Part shown: piece after piece, positions 46,094 to 55,758 of the stretch
Numbering within the stretch: position 1 is the first letter of the stretch
Layout: the number at the start of each line of letters is the position of its first letter
IMG/VR virus record: IMGVR_UViG_3300046474_000370
Location: 1 to 64,000 of that record
DNA: 64,000 nt
Source of the DNA: a virus
Strand: one strand, 5' to 3'
The notes under the pieces: model-generated
What the model was told of the DNA's origin: nothing
Seen by the model: the letters and a program-made list of their open reading frames with translations, nothing else
Database searches by the model: none
Program-made: the position numbers and the translations under genes

Positions 46094-47230
46094 CTACGAT
46101 GGGTCGGGCGCGCCCACCCGTGGCGCCAGTTCGGCGGCACTGAAGCCGGCGCGCAGCAGCAGGCGGCGGCCGTTGGCGATCGCGCCGGCGCTGTCGCCGC
46201 TGCTGCCGGTCAGGCAGCGGTAGGCCATGAGCAGCGCAAGCGCGAGCGCGCGATCGAAGGCGGCCGCCGCCGGGGCCTCGTCCGGGGCCGGGGCCGCGGT
46301 CAGCACTTCGTCCGGGGCCAGGTCGGCCCAAGCCGGCGCCGGCGCGGGCGGCAGCGCCCCGAACTGGTGCTGGTAGCGGGTCAGCTCGGCCAGTTGGGTC
46401 TCGACCCGTTCGGCGGCGGCCAGCGCGGCGGCCAGCGCGCGCAGGGTGTCGGCCTTGGCCTGCGCGGCCAGTTCGGCGTATTCGGCAAAGCCGGCCGCGT
46501 CGGTCGCCTCGACCTCGGCCACCAGCGCGCGCAGCGCCGCCGGCGGCAGGCCGAACGCCTGCACGGTGACGGCGCGGATCGCCTCGATGCGCTGGCGCAG
46601 CGCGGCCACCCGTGCCAATTCGATCTGGACCAGCTTCTCCTGCTCGGCCGCCTGGCGCTCCTGTTCGGCCCTGATGGCACTGGCGAAGCGTTGTTCGCAG
46701 CCGCTGATGGCCTCGACCAGTGTGTTCTTGGTGGTGTCGATCAGCTTGCCGATCTTGTAGAACGGTTCCTTGTAGCGCTTGTGGGTGCGCTCGGTGGCCA
46801 GCCGGTGGCGGCGGAAGGTCTCTTGCTCGCGCTCGGCGATGGCGAGGCCGTCGGGGGTGGTCAGGTCAACCACCTGGGCCTGCTTGCGCAGGGGTTCCGG
46901 CAGCGCGGCCAGTTCGGCGGCATCGAACACGATCAGTTCGGCCTGCTGCTGGTCGCGGCCGAAGTCGGCCCGGTGCTGCGCGAAGACCTCGGCGACGTAG
47001 ACCGCGGGGTCGATGTTCGGGACCGGGTCATGCACCGGGTCCTCGTCCAGCTCGAACGGGCGTTCGCCCACGGGCGGCGGCAGCACCAGGTCGACCGAGA
47101 TCGGCGGCGCCGGCGCGTCGTCGGTGGCCTTGTCTTTCTTGGCGGCGCTCTTGCGCGCGCGCTTGGCCGGTTCGGCGGGGATGGCGGCCTCGGCTGGGGC
47201 GGCCTCGGGTCCGGGGGCAGGGCTGGTCAT
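46094..47230 (-). CDS. Coiled-coil phage protein
   Basis: AAGGAG RBS; helical, in the recombination operon. Confidence 0.65.
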   Translation of the reverse strand: MTSPAPGPEAAPAEAAIPAEPAKRARKSAAKKDKATDDAPAPPISVDLVLPPPVGERPFELDEDPVHDPVPNIDPAVYVAEVFAQHRADFGRDQQQAELIVFDAAELAALPEPLRKQAQVVDLTTPDGLAIAEREQETFRRHRLATERTHKRYKEPFYKIGKLIDTTKNTLVEAISGCEQRFASAIRAEQERQAAEQEKLVQIELARVAALRQRIEAIRAVTVQAFGLPPAALRALVAEVEATDAAGFAEYAELAAQAKADTLRALAAALAAAERVETQLAELTRYQHQFGALPPAPAPAWADLAPDEVLTAAPAPDEAPAAAAFDRALALALLMAYRCLTGSSGDSAGAIANGRRLLLRAGFSAAELAPRVGAPDPS

Positions 47231-47898
47231 GCTGCGGCTCCTTGGTGGTAGGCGGCCATGCCGCGCTCGTTGATCTGGCGTACTTCGACCTCGACCGTGG
47301 CCAGCAGCCGTTCGCTGGCTTCGCGCATCTGCTCGATGTAGGCGGCGTCGCGCCAGATGCGCTTGACGAACAGGCGCAGGTGCGGGGGCATGCGCGGGTC
47401 GAACGAGATGAAGTCCCACCAGAGGCAGTCGTTGACCCACATGTTGGTCTGGACCTGCGCCATGTGCTCGGCCGGCATGGTTTGCTTGCGCCAGGTGTAC
47501 AGGTGGTTGGTCGGGTTGTACGGGCACTTGACCTCGATCCCGCCCTTGCCGCTGGCGTCGCTCGCCAGGCCGTCGGGCGAGCTGCCGATCCAGCGGATGG
47601 TCGGGTGCTTGACGAAGCCGGCCGGGGTGACCAGCAGCCCGGTTTCCATGCCGTACTCTTCGCGGGCGACCGGCTCCCATTCCTTGCCCCACGCCAGCGG
47701 CGCGGCGTTAATCTCGGGCATCGGTTCGCCGGTCAGGCGCTCGACCACCAGTTCCAGCCCGTAGCTGGCGGCGGTCTGGCCGCCGGTGAGCACGTCGACC
47801 ATGCGGCTGCCGGTGATGTGGCCGGCGCGCTCGCGGCGCCAGGCTTCGCTGCCTTGCGGGGCGCTGGCCGGCTCCGGGATGACGAGCGGGATGTCCAT
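47227..47898 (-). CDS. YqaJ/lambda-exonuclease family nuclease
   Basis: QGSEAW..R.G.ITGS, SPDG, EVKCP, QVQ. Confidence 0.92.
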   Translation of the reverse strand: MDIPLVIPEPASAPQGSEAWRRERAGHITGSRMVDVLTGGQTAASYGLELVVERLTGEPMPEINAAPLAWGKEWEPVAREEYGMETGLLVTPAGFVKHPTIRWIGSSPDGLASDASGKGGIEVKCPYNPTNHLYTWRKQTMPAEHMAQVQTNMWVNDCLWWDFISFDPRMPPHLRLFVKRIWRDAAYIEQMREASERLLATVEVEVRQINERGMAAYHQGAAA

Positions 47899-48890
47899 CA
47901 GGTCCTCCGGCTGTGCGGCGCGGGCGCCTGGTCGGCGGCGCTGGCCAGGCCGCGCAGGCGCTGGTGTTCGTCGACCCCGACCAGGCGGCGCTCGTCCTTG
48001 CTCAGGCGGCCCCATGCGGCGGCGTACTTGTCGGTGCCCTGTTTGCTGGCGATCAGTTCCAGGCTCTTGACGAGGGTGGCGCGCGCGTCCTGCGCTGCGG
48101 CACCCGGTTCCGGCTGGGCGGCGCTGTAGCTGATGGCGGTGAGCCGGGGCGCGGCCGGGGTGATGTCGTGCTCAGCACCTTCGTTCTCGTCCAGCAACGC
48201 GACGGCGGTGGCCAGGCGTTCGGTCGGCGGCACGCTCTTGAGGCCGCGCTTGCCGGTGGACTTCTTGATCATTTCCTCGTACCAGGCATTCCACGGCAGG
48301 CTCGGGTTGTTCGGGTTCTTGGCCTTGCTCAGTGCGAAGTTGCGGATTTTGGCGATGTCGTCGCCGGTCAGCACTTCGATCATTGCCACCCTGCTCGGGA
48401 GCATGATGACCGAGTAGCAGGCGACGATCGGGCCGCGCGCCTCCTCGCTCAACTTGATGTCGAATTTGTGGCTGGGCAGCGCGAACGGACCGTTGTACTC
48501 CCATGCGTCGAGGGCGCGCACGGTGACCGACTTGGCGCCGAGGATCGCGCCGCTGTCGACGGCAATTTTGATCAGGCCGCGGGCGCTGATGTCGAGGCAG
48601 CACTGGCCGTCGCGCGGCAACAGGTAGGCCAGCTTCATCGCCGGGTTCAGGGTCAGGCCGACGGCGGCGACGTTGCGGATCGCCTTGCGGATCGAGTCGA
48701 GCGGGCACCTTTGCAGGCCGTCGGCGGCGAGGATGATGTCGCGCGCGTAGCGCGATTCGGTCACGAACTTGACCAGGTTGTCGTTCGCTTCGGCCAGCGG
48801 CGTGAATTCGGGCTCGATGTCGTTGATGATCAGTTCCCACTTCTCGGCCGGGCTGAGCGGCGCGGACTGGTTCGGCGGTAGGGTCGTCAT
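47898..48890 (-). CDS. recT: RecT family single-strand annealing protein
   Basis: GLTLNPA..LAYLLPR, PW..WYEEM.KK. Confidence 0.88.
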   Translation of the reverse strand: MTTLPPNQSAPLSPAEKWELIINDIEPEFTPLAEANDNLVKFVTESRYARDIILAADGLQRCPLDSIRKAIRNVAAVGLTLNPAMKLAYLLPRDGQCCLDISARGLIKIAVDSGAILGAKSVTVRALDAWEYNGPFALPSHKFDIKLSEEARGPIVACYSVIMLPSRVAMIEVLTGDDIAKIRNFALSKAKNPNNPSLPWNAWYEEMIKKSTGKRGLKSVPPTERLATAVALLDENEGAEHDITPAAPRLTAISYSAAQPEPGAAAQDARATLVKSLELIASKQGTDKYAAAWGRLSKDERRLVGVDEHQRLRGLASAADQAPAPHSRRT

Positions 48891-48972
48891 GTTGGTTCCG
48901 ATGAGGTTAGCGTAGAGGAGATTTCACCCCACTTGAGGCCGGCCGGGGTCGCGCTAGGTCAGACGGGCGGCG

Positions 48973-49386
48973 TTATCGGCCGCGATCGAGCAGGCGTTCC
49001 TCGCGCGCCAGCTCGGCGGCGTCGATGCGGGCGGTGTCGGCCGCGTCGGCGATCGCCACCAGCAGCTGTTCCTCGAGGTCGAGCAGGTGCTGGGCGGACA
49101 GCAGGGGGGTGAGGTCGGTGCCGGCGGCCACCGCCAGTGCCTGGCCGGCGCCGTTCCACAGCAGCGGGGTGCGGGCGGTGATGCGGTGGATGTCCAGCTC
49201 GTCGGGATCGGCCGGGTAGCCGGGGTCGCCGTTGCGCAGGGTGTGGACCGCCGGGGCTCCGCGCAGGTAGGTGAAGTCGATGTCGACGTCGAGCGTGGCG
49301 CGGCCCAGCGACAGCGCGCCGTCGGCGTCGCTGCAGGGCATGGCCAGCGTGGCCAGGGTCGCGGTCGGTATGGTCAGGCGCATCAC
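48973..49386 (-). CDS. Hypothetical protein, first gene of the PL-like operon
   Basis: GGGGAG RBS. Confidence 0.6.
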   Translation of the reverse strand: MMRLTIPTATLATLAMPCSDADGALSLGRATLDVDIDFTYLRGAPAVHTLRNGDPGYPADPDELDIHRITARTPLLWNGAGQALAVAAGTDLTPLLSAQHLLDLEEQLLVAIADAADTARIDAAELAREERLLDRGR

Positions 49387-49437
49387 ACTCTCTCCCCTTT
49401 TGACAACGGATTAAGTGTACGCAATAAAAATGCGTGA

Positions 49438-49454
49438 CGCAACAAAAAGTTGCG
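49438..49454. promoter_or_regulatory. OL-like 17-bp operator
   Basis: CGCAAC-AAAAA-GTTGCG with perfect inverted arms. Confidence 0.7.
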
Positions 49455-49495
49455 AAACCTGCTTGCGTGAGTGCTGAAATATTAACGCGGGGTCC

Positions 49496-49523
49496 AAAAA
49501 AAACCGGCGCGCGGCCGGTTTTT
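49496..49523. terminator. Terminator downstream of cI (bidirectional form)
   Basis: A-run, CCGGC..GCCGG stem, T-run. Confidence 0.7.
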
Positions 49524-49540
49524 CCAGGGCAATGCGGGGC

Positions 49541-50206
49541 TCAGGCGGTGAGCACCCCGGTGAACGCGACGACGCGCCCGATGATGTGCAGTTGGTCGAC
49601 GGGGGCCACTTCCTCCGGGAAATTAGGATTGTCGGCACGCATGATGATCTGGCCGTCGAAGCGCCGGAACAGGCGCCGCAGGCGCACCCCGCCGGGCCCG
49701 TCGAGCGCGTACGGCTGGCCCGACATGATCTCGTTGCGGCGCAGGTCGACCAGGCATTGTTCGCCCAGCTGCATGGCGTCGTCCCTGGCCAACACCACGA
49801 CGCACTGGAGCGGGTCGAAGCCGTGCTTGGCCATCCAATCCCGGCGATAAGCATAGCTGTCCTGCTCATCGTCATTGATGGCGGGGATTTCGTGATGGCG
49901 TTTCACGCGCGGGCTCTCCTGCTGGAATGGACTGTGATAGGGCGGGATGAACACGTATTTACTGTTCACATCATCGCCATTCACGGTATCACTATTTCCT
50001 GTAAGAAGCCACGTCGCGGTGGTTTTTAATGCTCGGGCTACTAAAGGCAACCGGCCACGCTTGGGCGCGCTCCCACCGTCGGCGTCTTCCGTTTCCCATT
50101 TCCCAACTGTCTGGTACGTGACCCCGCCGCTCATCTCCCCGAGTTGCTCGCGGCTCAGCCCTAGTTCCAGGCGGCGTTCCCTGATTCGGCTATGGATAGT
50201 ATTCAT
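49541..50206 (-). CDS. cI: CI-like repressor (XRE HTH + degenerate S24 domain)
   Basis: RIRERRLELGLSREQLG..VTYQTVGKWE; C-terminal ADNP..IIGRVV; divergent from cro. Confidence 0.88.
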   Translation of the reverse strand: MNTIHSRIRERRLELGLSREQLGEMSGGVTYQTVGKWETEDADGGSAPKRGRLPLVARALKTTATWLLTGNSDTVNGDDVNSKYVFIPPYHSPFQQESPRVKRHHEIPAINDDEQDSYAYRRDWMAKHGFDPLQCVVVLARDDAMQLGEQCLVDLRRNEIMSGQPYALDGPGGVRLRRLFRRFDGQIIMRADNPNFPEEVAPVDQLHIIGRVVAFTGVLTA

Positions 50207-50221
50207 GGGCGCCCACTGTAC

Positions 50222-50283
50222 TACAACTATAAATTGTGTCACGCAAAAATAAGTTGCGTGCGCAACTAATTGTTGTGTACTAT
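50222..50283. promoter_or_regulatory. OR-like region: three 17-bp operators with divergent promoters
   Basis: TACAACTATAAATTGTG 50222-38, CGCAAAAATAAGTTGCG 50242-58, CGCAACTAATTGTTGTG 50261-77. TTGCGT-18-TACTAT promoter for cro. Confidence 0.7.
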
Positions 50284-50289
50284 TTTCCC

Positions 50290-50556
50290 ATGAACAAACC
50301 TATCCCCCTTCCCCAGCTGCGCCGCGAGCGTGCCACCCTGCTGCGTGCGATCGCGTGCTGCGGCGGCATTGCCGCGCTGGCGGCCGCGATCGAGCCGGAC
50401 CTGTCGTACCAGGCGGTGCAGGGCTGGCTGGAGCGCCGCGTGCCGCTCGACCGCTGCCCGGCGATCGAGCGGGTCACGCGCGGCATGGTCCAGTGCGAGG
50501 AACTGCGCGAGGACTACCGCGACCTGAACGACCGCCCGTACCGGAGGGTGGCATGA
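50290..50556 (+). CDS. cro: Cro/YdaS-like regulator
   Basis: SYQAVQGW...VP..RCPAIER.T.G.V.CEELR.D. Confidence 0.85.
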   Translation: MNKPIPLPQLRRERATLLRAIACCGGIAALAAAIEPDLSYQAVQGWLERRVPLDRCPAIERVTRGMVQCEELREDYRDLNDRPYRRVA

Positions 50557-50972
50557 AACGCGGCGCGCCGCTGGTGCGGCGCACCCCGCTCCAGGCCAAG
50601 GCCCCGATCAAGCGCGGCTCGACGAGCGGGCGGCGCCGCAAGAAGGCGGCCAGCGCGGCCGAGAAGGCCTACATGGGGCGGGTCGCCGCGGTGGGCTGCC
50701 TGGTCTGCTCCAGCTGCTTCCAGCGCTATGGCGTGGCGGCCGAGGTGCATCACCTGAAGGCCGGCGGCGGCAGCAAGCGCGCCAGCCATTGGGACACCAT
50801 GCCGCTGTGCCCGGAGCATCACCGGGGCAACACCGGCATCCACATGCTGGGTCAGGAGGGGTTCCACGCGATGTACGGCGTCTATGAGCTGGAACTGCTG
50901 CACTGGTTCCAGCGCCTGATGCGCACCGACGAGGCGCGCCGGCTGGCCACGGAGGATGACGATGGCCGGTGA
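50553..50972 (+). CDS. Ref/DUF968-like HNH nuclease
   Basis: CLVC, EVHH, PLCPEHH. Confidence 0.75.
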   Translation: MKRGAPLVRRTPLQAKAPIKRGSTSGRRRKKAASAAEKAYMGRVAAVGCLVCSSCFQRYGVAAEVHHLKAGGGSKRASHWDTMPLCPEHHRGNTGIHMLGQEGFHAMYGVYELELLHWFQRLMRTDEARRLATEDDDGR

Positions 50973-51672
50973 GTGGATCAAGTTCGCGATCGACACGCCG
51001 GAGAAGCCCGAGGTGTTCGCGATCACCACGGCGATGGGCTGGGACGACCCCGACCTCGCGGTCGGCAAGCTGCTGCGGGTGTGGCGCTGGTTCGACCAGC
51101 AGACCCTCGACGGTAACGCCGGCAGCGTTAACCTGGCGTTACTCGACCGCATCGCCGGGGCGCCCGGCTTCGCGGCGGCGATGTGCGCGGTGGGCTGGCT
51201 GGCGCAGCGCGACGGCGGGGTGAACCTGCCGAACTTCGCCCGGCATAACGGCAAGACCGCGAAAACGCGCGCGCTGACGGCCAGCCGGGTGGCCAGCCAC
51301 AAGAGTAACGCGCTGGCTAACGCGGCTGCTAACGCGAGCGCTAACGCTGGCAGCGTTAGCAGTGCGTTACCTAGAGAAGAGAAGAAAAGAAAAGAGAAAG
51401 ACGGGTTTGACGCGCGTGCCGCGCTGGCCGCGCTCGGGGTGCCGGACAAGGTCGTGCGCGACTGGCTGACGCTGCGCAAGGATAAACGCCAGCCGCTGAC
51501 CGAGATCGCGCTCGACGCGGTGGTGCGGGAGGCGGCCAAGGCCCGGATGACGGTCGAGGCGGCGCTGACGTTCTGCTGCGTCCGGGGATGGGCCGGGTTC
51601 AACGCCAGCTGGTACGAGCGCGAATGCGAGCGCGACCCCGGCGTGGCGCCGGCGCTCAAGGATTGGGAATGA
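50962..51672 (+). CDS. Phage replication initiator (O/DnaT-like)
   Basis: MAGEWIK..PEKPEV, NFARHNG, internal iterons; upstream of the helicase. Confidence 0.75.
   Translation: MAGEWIKFAIDTPEKPEVFAITTAMGWDDPDLAVGKLLRVWRWFDQQTLDGNAGSVNLALLDRIAGAPGFAAAMCAVGWLAQRDGGVNLPNFARHNGKTAKTRALTASRVASHKSNALANAAANASANAGSVSSALPREEKKRKEKDGFDARAALAALGVPDKVVRDWLTLRKDKRQPLTEIALDAVVREAAKARMTVEAALTFCCVRGWAGFNASWYERECERDPGVAPALKDWE
51305..51400. repeat. Iteron-like phage origin inside the initiator gene
   Basis: Four TAACGC at 12-bp spacing, two inverted GCGTTA copies, then a purine/A-rich tract. Confidence 0.65.
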
Positions 51673-52070
51673 AGCTGGCCGAGCACGCCGAGGCGATCGT
51701 GCGCGCGCGCCTGCGCGGGCTGCGCCCGGCCGACATGGTGATCGTGTCGCTGGTCGGGCCGCTGGCGGTGAGCAATCCGGTGGTGCTGGCGCGCCCCGGC
51801 CTGGCCTACGACTGGCGCTGGACGCGCGCGCTGGACCTGTGCCTGTACATGCGCGACGGCCAGGACTGGCCGGGCCTGCTCAAGGACATCGCGCTGCAAC
51901 GCCCGGCGTACCTGAGCCTGTGGTGCGCGAACGCCGGCTGGGGCGCCAAGGTGTACTTGATCCCGACCGCCGACGATGTGGCGCGCCCGGTGCGGCTGTG
52001 GCAGTACGAGCTGGACTTTTTGCCGTGGATGGACTTCGAGAACGAGGGGTTCAAAAAATGCAGCTGGTGA
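51669..52070 (+). CDS. Hypothetical protein
   Basis: ATGA coupling. Confidence 0.65.
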   Translation: MKLAEHAEAIVRARLRGLRPADMVIVSLVGPLAVSNPVVLARPGLAYDWRWTRALDLCLYMRDGQDWPGLLKDIALQRPAYLSLWCANAGWGAKVYLIPTADDVARPVRLWQYELDFLPWMDFENEGFKKCSW

Positions 52071-53026
52071 GCGACACGATCGACTTCGCGGCGTACATGG
52101 AGGAGCCCGAGGGGCACAAGATCCGCCCGGCGTCGGACTGGCTGCACGACACGGTGGCCACGTTCTACCCGCCGCACGACGCGGCGGTGTTGCCGGGGCC
52201 ATTGTGGCGCAAGGCGCACGAGAAGATCAAGTTCCGCCCCGGCGAGGTGTCGCTGTGGGCCGGCGTGAACGGCCACGGCAAGAGCATGTTGCTGTCGCAG
52301 GTGGTGCTTGACCTGTGCTACCAGGCCGAGCGCGTGATGGTGGCGTCGTTCGAGATGAAGCCGGGGCGCCAGATGCACCGGATGAGCCGGCAGGCGGCCG
52401 GGCTGCGCCTGCCGTCGCATGAATTCCTGGAGGTGTTCCACCAGTGGACCGATGAACGGCTGTGGATGTACGACCACGTCGGCGCGGTCGAGTGGCGCAA
52501 GGTGATCGCCGTGATGCGCTACGCGGTGGTGCAGTTCGGGGTGACGCAGTTCGTGATCGACAGCCTGATGAAGTGCGTGAAAGGCGAGGACGACTACAAC
52601 GCGCAGAAGGATTTCGTCAACGAGCTGTGCGCGTTCGCGCAGGCGCATGGCGTGCATGTGCATCTGGTGCATCACGTCAGGAAGGGCGAGAGCGAGGGGA
52701 AGGCGCCGGGGAAGATGGACATCAAGGGCGCCGGCGCCATCACCGACCAGGTGGACAACGTGTTCATCGTGTGGCGCAACAAGCTGGCCGAGCAGGACAG
52801 GAGCGGCGAGCCGACCTGCGTGCTGGCGTGCGAGAAGCAGCGCAACGGCGAGTACGAGGGCAAGCTCGGGCTCTGGTTCGACCTCGACTCGCAGCAGTAT
52901 CTGGAAGCGCGCGACGAGCAGGCGGCGCGCTACGGCATTGCCGGCGACGGCGGCATCAAGGGCTACGCGCTGCCGGTGCGCGTGGCGCATCCAGCATCAA
53001 CCAACCACCCAAGGGGGACCGCATGA
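52058..53026 (+). CDS. DnaB/SF4-like replicative helicase
   Basis: GVNGHGKS, VIDSL, DIKGAGAI, EKQRNG. Confidence 0.88.
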   Translation: MQLVSDTIDFAAYMEEPEGHKIRPASDWLHDTVATFYPPHDAAVLPGPLWRKAHEKIKFRPGEVSLWAGVNGHGKSMLLSQVVLDLCYQAERVMVASFEMKPGRQMHRMSRQAAGLRLPSHEFLEVFHQWTDERLWMYDHVGAVEWRKVIAVMRYAVVQFGVTQFVIDSLMKCVKGEDDYNAQKDFVNELCAFAQAHGVHVHLVHHVRKGESEGKAPGKMDIKGAGAITDQVDNVFIVWRNKLAEQDRSGEPTCVLACEKQRNGEYEGKLGLWFDLDSQQYLEARDEQAARYGIAGDGGIKGYALPVRVAHPASTNHPRGTA

Positions 53027-53634
53027 AAACCGAAATCATCGCCATCACCGACAGTTCCGGCTCGATGGACACGATCAAAAGCGCCGTGATCGGCGGCTTT
53101 AACAGCTTCGTGCAGGAGCAGCGCCAGGTGGCGGGCGAGGCGCGCATGACGCATGTGACCTTCAACGAGGAGCACAAGCTGCTGTACCAGGCGATCGCGC
53201 TGGCGCAGGTGCCGCTGCTGGACGCGGACAGCTACCAGACCAGCGGCTGCACTGCGCTGTTCGATACGCTGGGCGACACGCTGGAGACGCAGGGCAAGCG
53301 CATCGCCGAGGAAGGTTGGGCCGATCAGGTGATCGTCGAGATCATCACGGACGGGCTCGAGAACGCCAGCCGGCGCTACAAGCGCGAGCAGATCCGCAGC
53401 ATGATCGAGCACGCGCAGCGGCACGGCTGGCATTTCGTGTTCCTGGCGGCGAATCAGGACGCCTTCGCGGCGGCGGCCTCGTACGGGATTTCGGCCGCCA
53501 CCACGGCCAACTTCACCGCCTCGGCGGCCGGCGCGACCCAGGCGTACGGCACGATCGGGGCGATGACGCGCGCATTGCGCAGCGCGCCGGGCGACGAGCA
53601 GGCGCTGGCGGCTGCCGTGTTGGGGGGGCTGTGA
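53023..53634 (+). CDS. vWA-domain protein
   Basis: MIDAS DSSGSM, TALFD, ITDGLENAS. Confidence 0.88.
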   Translation: MKTEIIAITDSSGSMDTIKSAVIGGFNSFVQEQRQVAGEARMTHVTFNEEHKLLYQAIALAQVPLLDADSYQTSGCTALFDTLGDTLETQGKRIAEEGWADQVIVEIITDGLENASRRYKREQIRSMIEHAQRHGWHFVFLAANQDAFAAAASYGISAATTANFTASAAGATQAYGTIGAMTRALRSAPGDEQALAAAVLGGL

Positions 53635-53635
53635 T

Positions 53636-53902
53636 ATGGCCTGGCTGCGCGCGATCTTTAGTTTGACGAGCCCGAACCGGCAGCGGCGTGAGCGCCACCA
53701 ACGCATGGAGTTGGTGCGCCAGCGGCTCGAACAGGGGCAGCGCTTCGCGCGAGTGCGCGCTGCGCGGGTGCGGGCCGCGAACCGGCCGCTGTGGCTGGCC
53801 GTGGCGGGGCCGGCGGCGCCGCAGGGCTGCATGCCGACGTCGGTGGCCGGCGCCTGCGGCTGGGTGTGCGGCGGCGCCGGCGGCGGCCGGGGGGCCGAGT
53901 GA
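53636..53902 (+). CDS. Hypothetical protein
   Basis: Operon context. Confidence 0.45.
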   Translation: MAWLRAIFSLTSPNRQRRERHQRMELVRQRLEQGQRFARVRAARVRAANRPLWLAVAGPAAPQGCMPTSVAGACGWVCGGAGGGRGAE

Positions 53903-54207
53903 GGCGCCACGCCAAGGTGGATGCGAACCAGGGCTTGATCGTGGCCGCCTTGCGCGCGCTCGGCTGCTTCGTGCAGTCGCTCGCGATGGTCGGGCACGGC
54001 GTGCCTGACCTGCTGTGCGGATGCCGGGGACGCTGGTTCGTGCTGGAGATTAAGGACGGCGCCAAACCGCGCTCGGCGCAGGCGCTCACGCCGGATGAAG
54101 CGAAGTGGCACGAGGCCGCGGCGCGCTGCGCGCCGGTGCATGTGGTGGCGACGGTCGAGCAGGCGCTGGCCGCGGTAGCAGGACAACAGGAGAACCAACA
54201 TGCATGA
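53899..54207 (+). CDS. VRR-NUC/PD-(D/E)xK nuclease (resolvase-like)
   Basis: KVDANQ, GVPDL, LEIKDG, LTPDE. Confidence 0.8.
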   Translation: MRRHAKVDANQGLIVAALRALGCFVQSLAMVGHGVPDLLCGCRGRWFVLEIKDGAKPRSAQALTPDEAKWHEAAARCAPVHVVATVEQALAAVAGQQENQHA

Positions 54208-54406
54208 CACATTGACCCAAGAGCAGCAGGCCGCCTATGCCCGCTATTACCTGATCCTGCGCGATGCGGCGACGGAAGCCGACAACCGGGTGGCCGCCGT
54301 GTTCGATGCGCAGGTCGAGGCGCTGGAACGGCAGGGCGAGGTGGACCAGAGCCCGGCCGCGTTCGACCAGCTGATGGCGGCGGTGGCCGGCGTGCTGGGC
54401 TACTGA
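54200..54406 (+). CDS. Hypothetical protein
   Basis: AGGAG RBS. Confidence 0.6.
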   Translation: MHDTLTQEQQAAYARYYLILRDAATEADNRVAAVFDAQVEALERQGEVDQSPAAFDQLMAAVAGVLGY

Positions 54407-54407
54407 C

Positions 54408-54905
54408 ATGGGCCTGGTGCAGCGATATGCCCATGCGGCCGGCTCGGGCAACCTGAAAAACGACGCGCTGCACCACGCTCCCGATGTGCTGGCGGCGGTG
54501 GCGCTGTCGTCGGACTATGGCGGAATGCTGTTCCGGGCGAAGTACCAGAACGACTTGGCGGCCTATCAGCGCCTACTGCACCACTGGACCTGGATCGTGT
54601 CGTGCAAAGCCTTGCGGCGCAGCTGGCCGGAACACATCCCGATCAACAAGGTCGCGTTGATCTCGTTGAACCGCTGGATCAGCAACGTGTGCCCGGCCTG
54701 CACCGGGCGCCGGCTGGAGACCATCTTTAACACCCCGCACCTGTCGGACAAGGCCTGCCGGTTGTGCGACGGCAGCGGCGAGGCGCCGCTGCGCGTCGAC
54801 GAGCGCTGGCGCGACTATGTGCTGGACATGATCGAGGAGCTGACCGCCGACGAGTACAAGGCGGCGGCGCGCGCGGCCAAGAAGCTGGGGAGGGACGCGG
54901 GATGA
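54408..54905 (+). CDS. Q-like late antiterminator (zinc finger)
   Basis: CPACTG...CRLCDGSG; position; downstream pR'/tR'-like unit. Confidence 0.65.
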   Translation: MGLVQRYAHAAGSGNLKNDALHHAPDVLAAVALSSDYGGMLFRAKYQNDLAAYQRLLHHWTWIVSCKALRRSWPEHIPINKVALISLNRWISNVCPACTGRRLETIFNTPHLSDKACRLCDGSGEAPLRVDERWRDYVLDMIEELTADEYKAAARAAKKLGRDAG

Positions 54906-55417
54906 TGAGCCGGCGCCGCTTCGATGCGATCTACGACGGCCTGAATGGCGCCGCCCAAAAGGTGTATGCGGCAGTGCCGATCGCCGAGCGCTGGACCATC
55001 ACGCAGGTGATGGGCGAGCTGCAGCGGCGTGGCCTGAGCCACGAGTACCGGACGGTGCAGGGCTGCTTGGTGCTGCTGACCGATCATGGGCTGGTGCGCG
55101 AGCCCACCAAGGGGCGGTACTGCCGCGAGGCGGTGCGCGAACTGTCGATTGTCGAACCCGATCAACCTATCAAGGAACCACCAATGCCCACTCCCGCCGC
55201 CTCGCCCGCCGCCGTGGTCCCGAGCGGCGCCGCCGCCACCCCGGTTGACAAGCTGGGGGCGCTGGCCGCCCGCGTAACGCAGATGGCCGGAATGCTCAAG
55301 GAACTGGCCGGCGAAATCAGCGACGCCGCGATCGAGGTGCAGGCGCAGATCGAGACGACCGACGAGGGCATGACCAAGCTGAAGCAGCTGCAGGCGCTGC
55401 TCAAGAGCCTGGGCTGA
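54902..55417 (+). CDS. wHTH + coiled-coil hypothetical protein
   Basis: ATGA coupling; HTH-like N-terminus. Confidence 0.65.
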   Translation: MMSRRRFDAIYDGLNGAAQKVYAAVPIAERWTITQVMGELQRRGLSHEYRTVQGCLVLLTDHGLVREPTKGRYCREAVRELSIVEPDQPIKEPPMPTPAASPAAVVPSGAAATPVDKLGALAARVTQMAGMLKELAGEISDAAIEVQAQIETTDEGMTKLKQLQALLKSLG

Positions 55418-55532
55418 GCCAAACGCCCCCCCACGGACTGACCAACCCAGTGGAAGGAGATGGCGCGCCAGTCAGGCGTGTTGGGGAAGGCGCTCGCCGC
55501 CTTGCCGGTGGGCGCCGACCGTTAAATATTTC

Positions 55533-55561
55533 TTGCCACGCGTAATTACGTCGGCTATATT
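55533..55561 (+). promoter_or_regulatory. Sigma70 promoter (pR'-like)
   Basis: TTGCCA-17 bp-TATATT. Confidence 0.7.
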
Positions 55562-55703
55562 GTTGGGACTGCATGGTCCATTCAGTTGTTGTGGAAGGTA
55601 CGGGCTGTTTCGACCTGCATAATCCGGCGTAGCACCCCAGGAAACGTGCTGGGTACGTGCGCCCGGATTCTGGCTCACCGCGCAGATAGCGCGGGAGCCC
55701 GCC

Positions 55704-55734
55704 AAGCCACCCATCGCGGTGGCTTTTTGTTTTT
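55704..55734 (+). terminator. tR'-like terminator
   Basis: AAGCCACC-N6-GGTGGCTT followed by T runs. Confidence 0.75.
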
Positions 55735-55758
55735 CCGATCCCATCAGAAGGGGCCGCC

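Noticed and set aside
55565-55735. Possible structured ncRNA or tRNA
   Set aside because: No cloverleaf or known family recognised. A pR'-tR' leader explains it.
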